Positions 37,851 through 48,859 of a stretch of DNA of 64,000 nucleotides are shown here, one piece after another. Origin of the DNA: Leidyana gryllorum EB-2025a (Eukaryota; Protista; Apicomplexa). A program made the position numbers and the translations under genes. The DNA is taken from contig JBLWGC010000202.1 in the NCBI GenBank assembly GCA_048772705.1, forward strand, positions 1-64,000, written 5' to 3'. Within the stretch, counting starts at the first letter, position 1; every line of letters begins with the position of its first letter. The notes under the pieces are model-generated. The model was not told where the DNA came from. It was given only the letters and a program-made list of their open reading frames with translations, and did not search any database.

Positions 37851-39125
37851 TCAGTCGTCAGATTGAGTATCCATCTCAATTGGCACTTCAACCAGTTCGC
37901 CCGCATCAATTCGGGCCTTTCTGTCAAAGTAATGGTCGAGTGTGTCCCGATAGACGGCGAGAGTGGCGCAATTGAGGAGTCTGATCTCTTCCAGTGTTCC
38001 TACCCAGTCGAAGGGCCCCTCGAGGCAGCTGCTGGGGTCTGCGATGGTCAGAGTTTGCCAGAGGTCTGGAACATCCGCCACGAAGCTGAGATGAGCGAGA
38101 TACCTCGTAGTGACAGCTGAGGGTGGGACAAAGCCTCCGGGGAGAGAGGTTATGAAAGTGACAAGAAGTTCAGCTATGCTGACGAGGAACCAACACAGCT
38201 CGTGTCCATTCAATCTGAGGCGAATGACGAAGGCCAGTAGACATCTCACGTCGGCAGGAGACACGGGGTTCCATTTCTTGCCATCGGGGGCTCTCGGATA
38301 CATTTCCAGCAGCAACTTTAGGAGCACAACATAAAGGTAAGGAACGGAGAGGTCAGCAAGCCATAGTCTGGGAGGTCTGGTGCTGCCCTTCTTACCATGT
38401 TGGGCTTCCCATAACAAAAGTCTCCGTTGTTGGACAGTGCGTAAGAGATTGTCACAAGTTGCCAATTCCTGATAAAGGGCAAGTAGCGCATCTAATCTCG
38501 CGAGGGTGCTCTTAAGCCGTTTTTGGATCTTGTAGGACATGGGCTTATTGAGCGCGTCTTCTACGGTGACTAACATTGACTGTTGGTATTTGAGCTCCAT
38601 TTGAGCCGCCTGCGATAGAGTCTTGGGCGGGAGAGGGTCGTAAGCGTGGCGAGGTAATCCATTGTGGCATCGGGGATGTTGCGGTATCTGCGTATACTGT
38701 TTGATGGGTCTCCCGGTGTGGTGATCTCGAGGTCGGCCAGGATCACCGTCATGTCGCTGTGCGCGGTAGGCAAGCTGCGCCGGCTCTTCGTAGAGCCCAG
38801 CCGCTCTGTCACGGTGGTCATAGATGGCAAACTTGGCCGGATACTGAGCTTCCCGTTTGAGAGTGTTCAGAAGATCATCGACAGGCAGAGAGGTGCAGAG
38901 AGAGGTTGTGAAAATGTCCTCTATCTGCTGAATTAACAATTCTAAAGGAGTTTGACCCCAGCAGTCTTCCACCAGCGGATTTGCCCCAGTCCTCAATGCT
39001 CGCCGAAACGCAATAATATCCCCCCGACGTAGGTGATAGTGCAGAGGCGTCTCCTGACGCTCAGCTTTTGAGGCGAAAGCTTCACACGAGTGATAGTAAA
39101 ACTCTCTAGGTTTGAAAGTAGACAT
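37851..39125 (-). CDS. Ankyrin-repeat-containing hypothetical protein
   Basis: ETPLHY..RRG..ALRTGANPLVEDCWGQTPLELL. Confidence 0.7.
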   Translation of the reverse strand: MSTFKPREFYYHSCEAFASKAERQETPLHYHLRRGDIIAFRRALRTGANPLVEDCWGQTPLELLIQQIEDIFTTSLCTSLPVDDLLNTLKREAQYPAKFAIYDHRDRAAGLYEEPAQLAYRAQRHDGDPGRPRDHHTGRPIKQYTQIPQHPRCHNGLPRHAYDPLPPKTLSQAAQMELKYQQSMLVTVEDALNKPMSYKIQKRLKSTLARLDALLALYQELATCDNLLRTVQQRRLLLWEAQHGKKGSTRPPRLWLADLSVPYLYVVLLKLLLEMYPRAPDGKKWNPVSPADVRCLLAFVIRLRLNGHELCWFLVSIAELLVTFITSLPGGFVPPSAVTTRYLAHLSFVADVPDLWQTLTIADPSSCLEGPFDWVGTLEEIRLLNCATLAVYRDTLDHYFDRKARIDAGELVEVPIEMDTQSDD

Positions 39126-39146
39126 TGCAGGGCCCCTGCACCATCA

Positions 39147-40938
39147 ATGACTGAACAGTGAGATGCACTGCTCCCTGTAACTATTGACCAACATCAGACG
39201 ATCCCGAACAACGCGGACGTCTATAGGTGTCTTAGATTACCTTCCCATCAAGTCTTTGACCAGCCATCAAACTCGATGGAAGGTGCAAGCCCGACTGGTT
39301 GAAAAGACCGCCATCAGCGCATTTAATCGGCGCGGAAATGTGGGGTCCGGGAAGATCTTCTCCTGTGTCCTGATGGACAAGGAGGGGACACAGATTAATG
39401 CCAAGTTTTGGAATGCCGCCGCTGAGGAATGGCACCCCAAGTTAGAGAAGGGTCAGGTATGTGTTGGAAACGTGTGTGCACACACCCTTTGCTGGCAGAT
39501 CTATAGCTTTGCTAAGGGCAGAATAGGAGTCAGTAACAAGCGTTTCGCTGGGAATGTGCCTCACGACTATGAGATCATATTCGACAGTGGTGCTGATATA
39601 GTGCCGGTGGAAAGTAGCAGTGGTGCCGTGGATGATATCCCGATGGAACGCAAAGTGCAATATCAAAGTTTGAGGGGTGTGAATCTGTGCACTAGAAGAC
39701 TCCCATTTGTCACGGACGTCTTGGCGGTAGTGCACAGTCATCAACAGCCTCGTGAAGTAGCACCCAGACCTGGTCAGTCCGAAGGAAGAAAGCGGCGTCA
39801 GATTACAGTCGTCGATGCTACCAAGCACGCCATGGATGTCACCTTATGGGGCGATGACGCAGAAGTGGATGACGCTATTCTGGCCGAACACTGTGTTGTT
39901 GGATTACATGGGATCCAGGTACGTGCTTTCGATTTGTAACGGGCTGACTTGCAGTGTATGTGGCCGCTCAGATCCGAGAATGGCGAGGGAGAGTGGCATC
40001 AACAGTGAACACAACCGAGCTCAAGTGGCGGGTGGATACAGATGAAGCGAAGAAATTGAAAGATTGGTACGATCAGAATGCTGCGGTGACCGCCTTTGAT
40101 GCCTTGAGCAACATTGCGGGAGAAGGGCAACAAGGGACGGCTGTGAAGCCACCACGGGATTCGGTGAGGGAGTGAACGCTAAGTGGTTGTAGTCTAAACA
40201 CCCACCCTTCCAACAGACTATCAAAGCCATGACGGAAGCGATGAGCGAGGCGATGGTGGACGATCCGATTGTGTTCCGTATCCCTGGATACTGCACTAAC
40301 GTGCTGTACCGTAACCCGCGGCAGGACAACGCCTTGAATTGTTACTACATGGCCTGTTCCAAGTGTAATCGCAAACTTGCGTCTGTAGAGACGCCCTTCT
40401 GCACCTCGTGTTCTGAGACGGTTGCTGCAGTCCCCCGGTAAGACTATAGGAGACAACGGCACGGCAATTTGGTGATAGATTGGCTCTGACGGCTATCATT
40501 TCGGACGTCAGTGGCAGTGGTCAAGCCGTTCGAGTGTTTCACGATGTCGCTCAACCGTTGGTGGGATTGCCCGCTAACAAGGTGGTCGAGCTGACTAAGG
40601 ACCTGAGCTCGGAAGACCCGTTGCCCGCGGAGTTCTTGGAAGCCTTTGAGAACAATTGTGTCTGGAGACGATATCTGTTCACCATCCGAGGCCGGCGGGA
40701 CAACTATCAAGGAGAAGTGCGAGCGCAGTACTCCATGATATCTGCCGTGCCCCTCACCAAGGGCCAAGCAGCCGGCTCTGCAATGAGTACACTGCTCAAA
40801 CATGTGCCCAACGCCTTCGCCGGAGTCAGGAATAGCAAGAAGCGGTGTCACATGGAAGACGAAGCTGACGAAAATACCGATCCAGCTGCTCACTCCAAGC
40901 GTCTGAAAGCTGCTGATACGTCTCTAGTCGCTAGTTAG
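39147..40938 (+). CDS. RPA1: Replication protein A large subunit, short form, multi-exon
   Basis: PIKSLT..TRWKVQARL, GKIFSCVLMD, YEIIFD, VTLWG, YYMACSKCNRK..CTSC zinc finger, FTIRGRRDNYQGEVR. Confidence 0.9.
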
Positions 40939-40958
40939 AATTATATTATACTTCCAGA

Positions 40959-42293
40959 ATGGGGGGTAGTATCTGCACTGCTTGCATTCCACCAGAAGAA
41001 CTACTCACCGTCCCTTTAGAACCCCCACCCGAAGCCGGTCTCCTTATTCCCCCGCCTCCCCCACGAACTCTCTCGGACTTTGAATTGCCTCGAAGTCTCA
41101 AAGGAACAATGTGCTTGAAACAAGTACCACAGCGTGTCAACGCTGGCGACTACCACCCACACGATGAACTCATGCTCTCATCAGATGCTCAGTTCATCAG
41201 CATACCTACCTTCTTCGCACTCTTACAACGCAAGTGCTCTCACCCACAACTATATTACCTATACGACCTTCAGGGCAGGTCAGTCACTTCACCATCCACC
41301 CCCAAATCATCGATCACTCAGACGCCGCTACAACAAAGGGCATCTCAAGTATGCCACTTCCCTCTTCGACATCGACGACGTCGAGCCTCCAGCCGTTCTC
41401 GATGAGAACCTTCGTCAAAGTACGATAGACAAACTCAATCTGCAAATCGGAGGACGTATCGTCCTGCTATACTCGATACACTCAAACCCCACCACATCCC
41501 CAGTAGTCTCATGGGTACTTGACCTTTTCAAAGACTGTATAGATCCCCCCCGATCGGTCTTCGTACTCAACGGTAATCCTATTAAACACCATTCTCACAC
41601 CCACAGACTCTTTCCACGACCTCTGTCTGAGATATCCGCACGCACATACACGCTCTAACTACGTTCTTCCGGGAGCCACCGAAATTCTGCATGGGAAAGA
41701 TGTAAGCCCAATCATTAACCAACACTCATCACTCCACCCCAGCTCTTCTCACTCTACTTGTCCGATGAAAGAGCCGTCAGAGCGAATGTCAAGACACTGG
41801 TCGCTTGCTACGATATCCGCCACGTCATGTTTATGGGACCGTCGCGGCCAAAGGATATCGAGGAAACTGAGCTCAAGATCACCTATCTACCACCCACAGT
41901 TATGCAATCACCATTCGTCGCCTATTTGACAGAGCTTTCCCGACTGTCTGAGCTTGAACATAGTGTTCTCATCACCGCTCCCGCGGGAAGTCCCTCTGCA
42001 ATATACCTCTGCCTCTTCTTCCTGGTCCAAACTGGATTCACCCCACCCGAAGCTATCGCACATGTCGCGTCGCGACTCTGTTTCCCTGACACACTAACAT
42101 TAGTGAGCATCATTTCAACGTCCCACTAAACGTCTTTGCTCAGCCGGAACATATCTCCCAAACACTATATGCTTACCACGAGACAGTGCAATTGAGTCCT
42201 GATCTACTGACCGCTCATCGAACACTGATCTCGCTGTATGAGAACGACCGTGAGAATCAAGCCATACTGGCGGGAAACGAGGAAGCAAGATAG
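40959..42293 (+). CDS. Rhodanese plus inactive dual-specificity phosphatase (MK-STYX/STYXL1-like architecture)
   Basis: YLYDLQ..RYNKGHLKYA (rhodanese). TEIL..LYLSD, IRHVM, VLITAPAGSPSAIYLCLFFL..TPPEAIAHV (DSP fold). N-terminal MGGSICTAC. Confidence 0.55.
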
Positions 42294-42415
42294 AATATAT
42301 AATGTAAATGTCAATTCTTTGCTTATGTAGCACTAAAAAAGGACTAAGTCTCTTGGACTCAGCAGTCATTGATGAAACAAATGAGCTTCAGCTTAAAAAC
42401 TTCATTCGAATTCCT

Positions 42416-45400
42416 TTAATTGGCGGAGAGTTTTTGAGAGATGACTTCGCTAATGTGCTCCAAAATGGATGGGAAGGGAGGGAAAGGTCCTTCCAGGGAG
42501 CTTGCAACATGCTCACCAATAGATTCGATGTGGATGGTCGGAATGTCTTGCCAGCCACCAAGTTTGTGACCCAGGTGACGAATGAACTTCAGAGGAGTGA
42601 GATGTTTCCACTCAGTAGTCTCCTGGAGGGAGATGATAGTCTGGTTGACTGTCATCAAGAACTTCTCAGGGGCCATGTAAGCGGGTCTGAACACATCCAA
42701 CTTCTGGAGGAAGTAGACGGCTGCATCAGAAAGGCTCCAAATCCACTTGTTAAGGTGGTGGCCATCGAAGATGGGGGAGTGATGATGATGATCCTTTTCG
42801 ACGGGGAAGGCACCAGGGTATCCGGGCCAGACATCACCAGGGAAGCCGGGGTAGGGCCACTCACCAGGGTAGCCGGGCCACCAGCCGTTGGTCCAGGCTT
42901 CACGAGGCAAGATAGTGGTCGGCTCAACTTGAACAGCTGGCTCAATCACCTCAACAGGCTCAATAACCGCAGGCTCCTTGATGGTCACAGCAGGCTCACG
43001 GACAATGGTTGTTCTCGCGTCGTAAGGGCCCCAGGGCAATCCACCCCACGGGTAACCACCGTAGTATCCACCGTGATGGTGGCCATGTTTCTCAACAGGC
43101 ACAGGATACACAGGGGGGCGGTAGATGGCAGGAGCCACCGGGGTGGTGGTCACTACCTCAGCAGGAGCGGCAACTGTAACAGCTGGCTCAACTACACTAA
43201 CACCGCCAGCGTAGGGATAGACATTACCATAGGGAACACCTCCGTACGGGACACCAATGGGCCAGTAGGGGGTGCTATGGTGATGGCCATGCTTGCTGGG
43301 GTACACCGGGGCGGGAAGGATACGAGGAACAAGCGGTTCAATCACAGTGGTCACAGGGGTCGTGGTGACGGTTGGGGTGGCGACACGGGGAGTCGGGGGG
43401 GCGACAGGAGTGGTCTGCTCGACAGGGGTGCGGTTGTCAAAGGGGACGACAACATCGGTGTGCTCATGGGAAGTCTCGAAGGCTCGGGCTTCTTCCTCGC
43501 CAACTGACTCGCCTTCGCGGGCATCCTCGCGAGCATCCTCGCGGAGGACAACACTGACGATGGGGAAGGTACCATGGCGGGGGATCACCACCTGGTAGCT
43601 ACCGGAGGCGCTTGTCATGACGGGGAAAGTGCCGAGGCCATGAACGGTGACAATTGGGGTACCGTTGAAGGATCTAGTGACCGGGAAGTAGCCGAACTCC
43701 GGAAGGTAAAGGTAGTCAACGGGAACGGGCCCGTCGAGCAACGCAACACCTTGGATACGGACAGTACCGAAACGAGGAAGGAACACAGTCAAGGTTCCAT
43801 CGACGTTGGCAACGACCGGGATCGATCCAAGACCTTGAATGGTGACACTGATGGTTCCAGCTGTAGAAACAGTAAGTGCAGCGGTGCCATGACCGGGAAC
43901 GTGTACCAGGGCGCGGGCGGGTGCCAAAAGATCAACATCCAGCTCGCCAATACCCGGAACGTTGACAGCCAAGGCGCCAGTCAGGGTGGTGTACACAGGT
44001 TGACGTCCATACTGAGGCAAGTCCACAGTGAAGTAGCCTCGAGTGTCAATTCTCAAGCCAACATCACCGAAGCCCGGGACGTGAGCCACCGCCATGGTGG
44101 TGAAGGGGTTCACGGGGATAGTTCCCACACCAGGGATGGTGACGAAAGCCTGACCAGTAGACATAGTAGTCACCGGCAGAGTTCCGAACTCAGGGATGAA
44201 GAACGAGAGCTCTCCAACAGCAGATGCACTCAGATGGAAAGTGCCATATCCTGGGATGGTGACACAACCAACAGAGGTTGGGAGCTCGTACAGCGGAACA
44301 CCAGGGGGGAACGGATAGATTTCGGGGGTCTGGTCTCCAACGGCCTCGATTGTACCGACAGTGATGGGGGCAGTGATCACAGGGTTAGCATTTTGGTTGG
44401 CGTTCTGATCGTTGGCAAGGTTGTTGTCGATGGATGCAGTGACAGTGGTATCTCCAATAAGAGAGTTAGGTCCTGCCACCACAGTGGTGTCGAAAATGTT
44501 GTAGGCCTGTTGAGTCACTGGCTGACTATTCTTTTGGGCAGCTGCGGTATCGATTCCGGGGCGGGTCCTGTAGTTGTACGCCTCGGTGTCCCAGTCATCC
44601 CAGTGTCCATCAGTGTAGCCTTTGTGAATGTGCGACCAGGCAGCATCCCACAAGTGACTAAGAGGACCGTTCCACGCATCAGTAGACCAGCCTTCCTTGT
44701 CCAAGTAGGGTCCCCACGGCAACAGCGGCCACGGGTAGCTACGGAGGTGCTCACAGACTTCATGAAGGGCTTTGAGGAAGAGCGGAGTGCCCAACCACGG
44801 GAAGCGAGCGCTAGCAAGTGTGAGATCACGAGCAACAGCACCGAAACTTGGGACATCGAGGGTATATTCGTCAACCCAGGCATCACGAAGACGATCAACA
44901 AACTCCACGGGTGAAGCGGCGGCGAAGTTGCCCTCATCATCAATGTAGTATTTGTCAATCACTCCACGGACAGTGTCGAAGAAAACTTCCTGGGGCATAT
45001 GAGCTGGCTTCAAGCCGAACAGAGCAGTCATGAAGGGGCCACAGACGAAGGGGAAGTACGGAGAGATGGGTAGGTTGTGGTGGTGACCGAGAGCATAGCC
45101 AAGGGTGTTACCAGCGGTGAAGCCAGCGGCACCAGAGGTTATACCAGTCAGGCCAAGGGCAGCAAGGTTGTGAAGATGCTGGAAGGGTCTGGGGACCAAG
45201 GCACTGACAACGTCAGCACCGAGGGCGATTTGACCTCCGAGGACATCACCCATCAGGGTTGATGCAGCACTCATTCCGCTGGCAGCAGCGGCCAAAGCAC
45301 CAGCTTCGGCTGCAGTACGACCGGCTAGATGAGCTCCAAGGCCGGCGGTAACCGCCGCAGCATCTGCTGCAGCAGAAACCAATCCGGATCCGACATCAGC

Positions 45401-45502
45401 GGCGTTTTCCAGGGCCTGACCAGCCACATGAATGGGGCGGTCAAGGTGAAGGAACCCCTGAGTTCCAGTGGTGACAATTCCGACCAAAAATAGCTTTAAC
45501 AT
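42416..45502 (-). CDS. Secreted 1028-aa repeat protein (12 beta-hairpin repeats; His/Tyr/Pro-rich segments)
   Basis: Signal peptide MLKLFLVGIVTTGTQG, intronless, strong codon bias that produces long antisense ORFs. Confidence 0.85.
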   Translation of the reverse strand: MLKLFLVGIVTTGTQGFLHLDRPIHVAGQALENAADVGSGLVSAAADAAAVTAGLGAHLAGRTAAEAGALAAAASGMSAASTLMGDVLGGQIALGADVVSALVPRPFQHLHNLAALGLTGITSGAAGFTAGNTLGYALGHHHNLPISPYFPFVCGPFMTALFGLKPAHMPQEVFFDTVRGVIDKYYIDDEGNFAAASPVEFVDRLRDAWVDEYTLDVPSFGAVARDLTLASARFPWLGTPLFLKALHEVCEHLRSYPWPLLPWGPYLDKEGWSTDAWNGPLSHLWDAAWSHIHKGYTDGHWDDWDTEAYNYRTRPGIDTAAAQKNSQPVTQQAYNIFDTTVVAGPNSLIGDTTVTASIDNNLANDQNANQNANPVITAPITVGTIEAVGDQTPEIYPFPPGVPLYELPTSVGCVTIPGYGTFHLSASAVGELSFFIPEFGTLPVTTMSTGQAFVTIPGVGTIPVNPFTTMAVAHVPGFGDVGLRIDTRGYFTVDLPQYGRQPVYTTLTGALAVNVPGIGELDVDLLAPARALVHVPGHGTAALTVSTAGTISVTIQGLGSIPVVANVDGTLTVFLPRFGTVRIQGVALLDGPVPVDYLYLPEFGYFPVTRSFNGTPIVTVHGLGTFPVMTSASGSYQVVIPRHGTFPIVSVVLREDAREDAREGESVGEEEARAFETSHEHTDVVVPFDNRTPVEQTTPVAPPTPRVATPTVTTTPVTTVIEPLVPRILPAPVYPSKHGHHHSTPYWPIGVPYGGVPYGNVYPYAGGVSVVEPAVTVAAPAEVVTTTPVAPAIYRPPVYPVPVEKHGHHHGGYYGGYPWGGLPWGPYDARTTIVREPAVTIKEPAVIEPVEVIEPAVQVEPTTILPREAWTNGWWPGYPGEWPYPGFPGDVWPGYPGAFPVEKDHHHHSPIFDGHHLNKWIWSLSDAAVYFLQKLDVFRPAYMAPEKFLMTVNQTIISLQETTEWKHLTPLKFIRHLGHKLGGWQDIPTIHIESIGEHVASSLEGPFPPFPSILEHISEVISQKLSAN

Positions 45503-45600
45503 TGGTGAAGCAAAAATGAATTGTAAGGTTGTGTTGTGTGTTCGTAAGTGCGGGCTCGAACACGGAGACACCCGGTATACAAACACGCAACTGATCGAGA

Positions 45601-48408
45601 ATGATCAGGACAGATGTCCCAGATTTTCCGCAGGCTGTAGAGATCATCAAGAAGGCTAACCAAGGTCTCTTGGTCGACGTGGTAGGCATTACTGTTGACC
45701 GCCAACCACTCGCGTAGCTTGTAGGAATTCTACGATGTACTATACCCTTCATGCACAATGATCCAGCTTGTCCGGCAACATTTCGCGAGAGGTAATCCGG
45801 TTCGTCGTTCACTGGCTCCAATCATTCGGATCCAGCATAAATGAGGAACTCTCGAAGTTAAAGCGGGAGGAAGATCCCGCTCCCCGAGTGAATAAACCCG
45901 TTGTGAAAGCGAAGGCCCCACCGCGTCCGAAAAAGAAGCCACCGCCGCAGAAGAAGCCGCCACCAAGTGGGCCCAAGGAGTCTACTGCTTTGTCGAAGCG
46001 GTATGCGCTTTTCTGGACACCTACGACGGGTGAGCTGAGATAACTGGCTATCCGCACTTGTGCCTTAGGCGAACCTCCATCCATTCTCGACTTGAGCGAA
46101 AATGGGTTAGTAGAAACGGTAGCGCCTTTCTTGAATCGAGCCGCCGACATATTCGACGTGGAAGTACCCAGTCTCAAGGACATGCCTCTGCCAGCTACTA
46201 CTGTCTTCCACGACTCGCTGGTCGATGATGAGGGATACAGATTGATCGAGGCGGCGATCCGATCGAGTGATCTGGATGTGTGGTTTGAACGTCAAAAGCG
46301 AGTGCCTGCTACTATCAAGCAGGCGCCCAAACAAGAAGGTGCTCGTCGATCGGTTTTGGGCACGGCCTTGGCTCAACGAGTATGTATTTTGACGCATTGC
46401 CTAAAGAAGGGCATATCATCGAGAGCGACGTTGAGTGATGTTAAGGCTGCTATGCTCAATCTATCACTGAGCAAAGATGGAATTGATTTGCTAATGTGAG
46501 TTATTTGCGTTGATAGTGCGTGAGCTGCCGTCAGAGATATGATACCTCCGGACGACGAAACACGTCGTGGCGAATCTGAATGGGGGAAAGGAGCGAAAGC
46601 TGTAGCGGATTTAATCGATAACTCCCCTGACGAGGAATTGACTGAAGATGAAACTTTCATTCACTTCGTGAGTCCCTCCCTGTGCACCAACTTCGACATC
46701 ATTGCCGACCGACAGCTGGAAGCCATCCCGCAACTACGACAGCGTCTTCAATGTATGTTCATCATCGCAGCATTCGACAAGATTGTGAACGATCTCGAAT
46801 CGAAATTGGAACAGTTGGTTGACGGTCTGAGTGTGTTGGTGAACAACAAATCACTACATCTGACCTGGCATCTGCTCTTGGCCCTTGGTAACGCTCTTAA
46901 TGAGGGGACCACTAGAGGAGGATTGAAGTGGTTCAAGACTCAAGCTTTACGACGGGTATGTCATCAACTGTTCCACTTTCACATACAGACGGGATGCTCA
47001 GGCACTGGACGTCCGTGGGAACAAAGGGATGACACTGATGGATTATATAGCCATATTCACAGGACCAGTGGTAGACACGGCCGAGTGGCGGACGATATTG
47101 CGAGCGAAGGACTCGGGACCTCTGCAAGTATACGTTGTCGCCAAGAATGTCTTGGACACGTATCTGATGATGTTGGGTGGGCAGAGTGACGAAGGTACTC
47201 TGCTCCCGAAACCTCTGGACTCCCGGGATCCGAGGGCTGAAGGGCTGGTTGACGAGTTTTTGGAGAAAGTGCAATCCTTCGCTACCGAGAACCTGCCAAC
47301 TTGTCGGCGGTTTCTGGCTCGGTTACTCAGCTTCATCCAATCTTACAGTGCCACAGCATATTTCTTTGCTGATGCCGAGACTTTACTACCTCTGGAGAAA
47401 GGGGTTGATGGCGACGCTGACTCAGATGAGCATCCTGGAAAGGATATATTCATGCGGGTACACCCATTCCTTGCTCAGCTGCGAGCCCAAGCAGCGACGA
47501 TGAAGGTCAAGGAGCTGGCTGAGCTCGGAGGCTACTCGTGGGTGGGTGGGAGGATGATGGATAGTGAAGGTGGTGCGCTATCCGGTGGCCGTGGTTCCGC
47601 CATGCAGTCCTCTTCACCCGAGTTGCCTGCCAGCGTGACGACGAAAGCCCCGAGGGTGGTGCTACCCAGCGCCGGGGTTCCGTTGAATATGCGGTCTGGC
47701 CCTCCTGGAGGCGTGCCTTTACCCACGACTGGTGGGACCAAGCCATACGTTGTGGGGATGCGAGTCAACGGTGGTGGTGGTGCTGCCGAGCGCAGCATTC
47801 GGACCCCGACCAACAACAGTGGGACATTGTCTCAAGTCGGAAGCGGCCCGAAGAGCAGTGACGACGAGGGAGTGCGGCAGACACCGCCCGGACCGACTCT
47901 TGCGATAGGGTCATCTCAATTCGCTCAACGGACATTGGCGACGGCGATGTCAACCCCTTACGATCGTGGATATCCTAACGACAACTACGGAGGGTCTGCT
48001 ATGCCAGCCAAGACTCCTCTGATGAGTTTGGGCAGCCGGATGGCCGAGGGCAACATGATGGGCGCCACTCCACTTCCCGGCGGTCGGACACCGCCAGGAG
48101 GGGTGGCCTTGCCTGGTTTGTCCTTTTTGGGGAGTCAGAGCGTGGTGCCGGGTGGCAACTCGACGTCGGCTTCGGGTTACCCTCAACCTTTACGGCCGCG
48201 GGATGTGAGAATGACCGCGTTGCCGGGTCGCGGATTGGCAGGAAGTCGTGTGTTGGGAGGCGGCATACCACAAGGGCCTTCCAACATTCCATCAGCTCCC
48301 CAAAGGTATGTGGATAGATTATCGTCGGAAGCCCAGGAACAATGGGTTGCTGCATTATATATGGCTTTGGGAGGAATAAGTCCCCAGATTTGTGATGAGC
48401 ATGAATGA
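45601..48408 (+). CDS. Divergent formin (FH2 domain, short basic poly-Pro FH1-like segment); start uncertain
   Basis: ALFWT, LEAIPQLRQRLQCMF, LLLALGNALNEGTTRGGLKWFK, MTLMDYIA. Confidence 0.7.
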
Positions 48409-48526
48409 ATGGATATGATAGTTGAGCGGACCGCGACTAATTTACGTATGTATGAGGTGCTCTGTGTCATTTTGTGACCTTGTGATCATTACTGGCTTCT
48501 GTAATGCGTCTTGCAGTGTGGCGAGT

Positions 48527-48847
48527 ATGAACAGTCGGTTGCCCAATGGGATGCGATCGGAGATCCCGAGTGCTTTGCCTAAAATTCCCAAGCCACCAGG
48601 GACTGCGAATCGGTTTCGTTTCGGTTTTGGGTCGGGGGCGAAGGGTGGTGTGGATCCTGAGGCATTGAAGCGGCTGCAGGAGCGATTGAAGCAGAGCGAG
48701 CCTATTCGATTGGAGGCTGGAGGTCCGTCGATGAGTGTGGATGGAGTAACGATAGCCGCTCCAGCGATGCCAACGGGAGCGAAGCGGCGTAATCCACGGT
48801 CCAGTATCGATGCAACTTTCAATTTCGCTCGTGATATTGCCCGGTGA
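48527..48847 (+). CDS. Small hypothetical protein
   Basis: 106-aa ORF filling the gap between formin and Sas10. Confidence 0.4.
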   Translation: MNSRLPNGMRSEIPSALPKIPKPPGTANRFRFGFGSGAKGGVDPEALKRLQERLKQSEPIRLEAGGPSMSVDGVTIAAPAMPTGAKRRNPRSSIDATFNFARDIAR

Positions 48848-48859
48848 AGTTTTTTTTTG

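Noticed and set aside
42308-44914. Long plus-strand ORFs of 399 and 446 aa
   Set aside because: Antisense shadows of the codon-biased secreted gene. The minus strand has the signal peptide and the coherent repeats.
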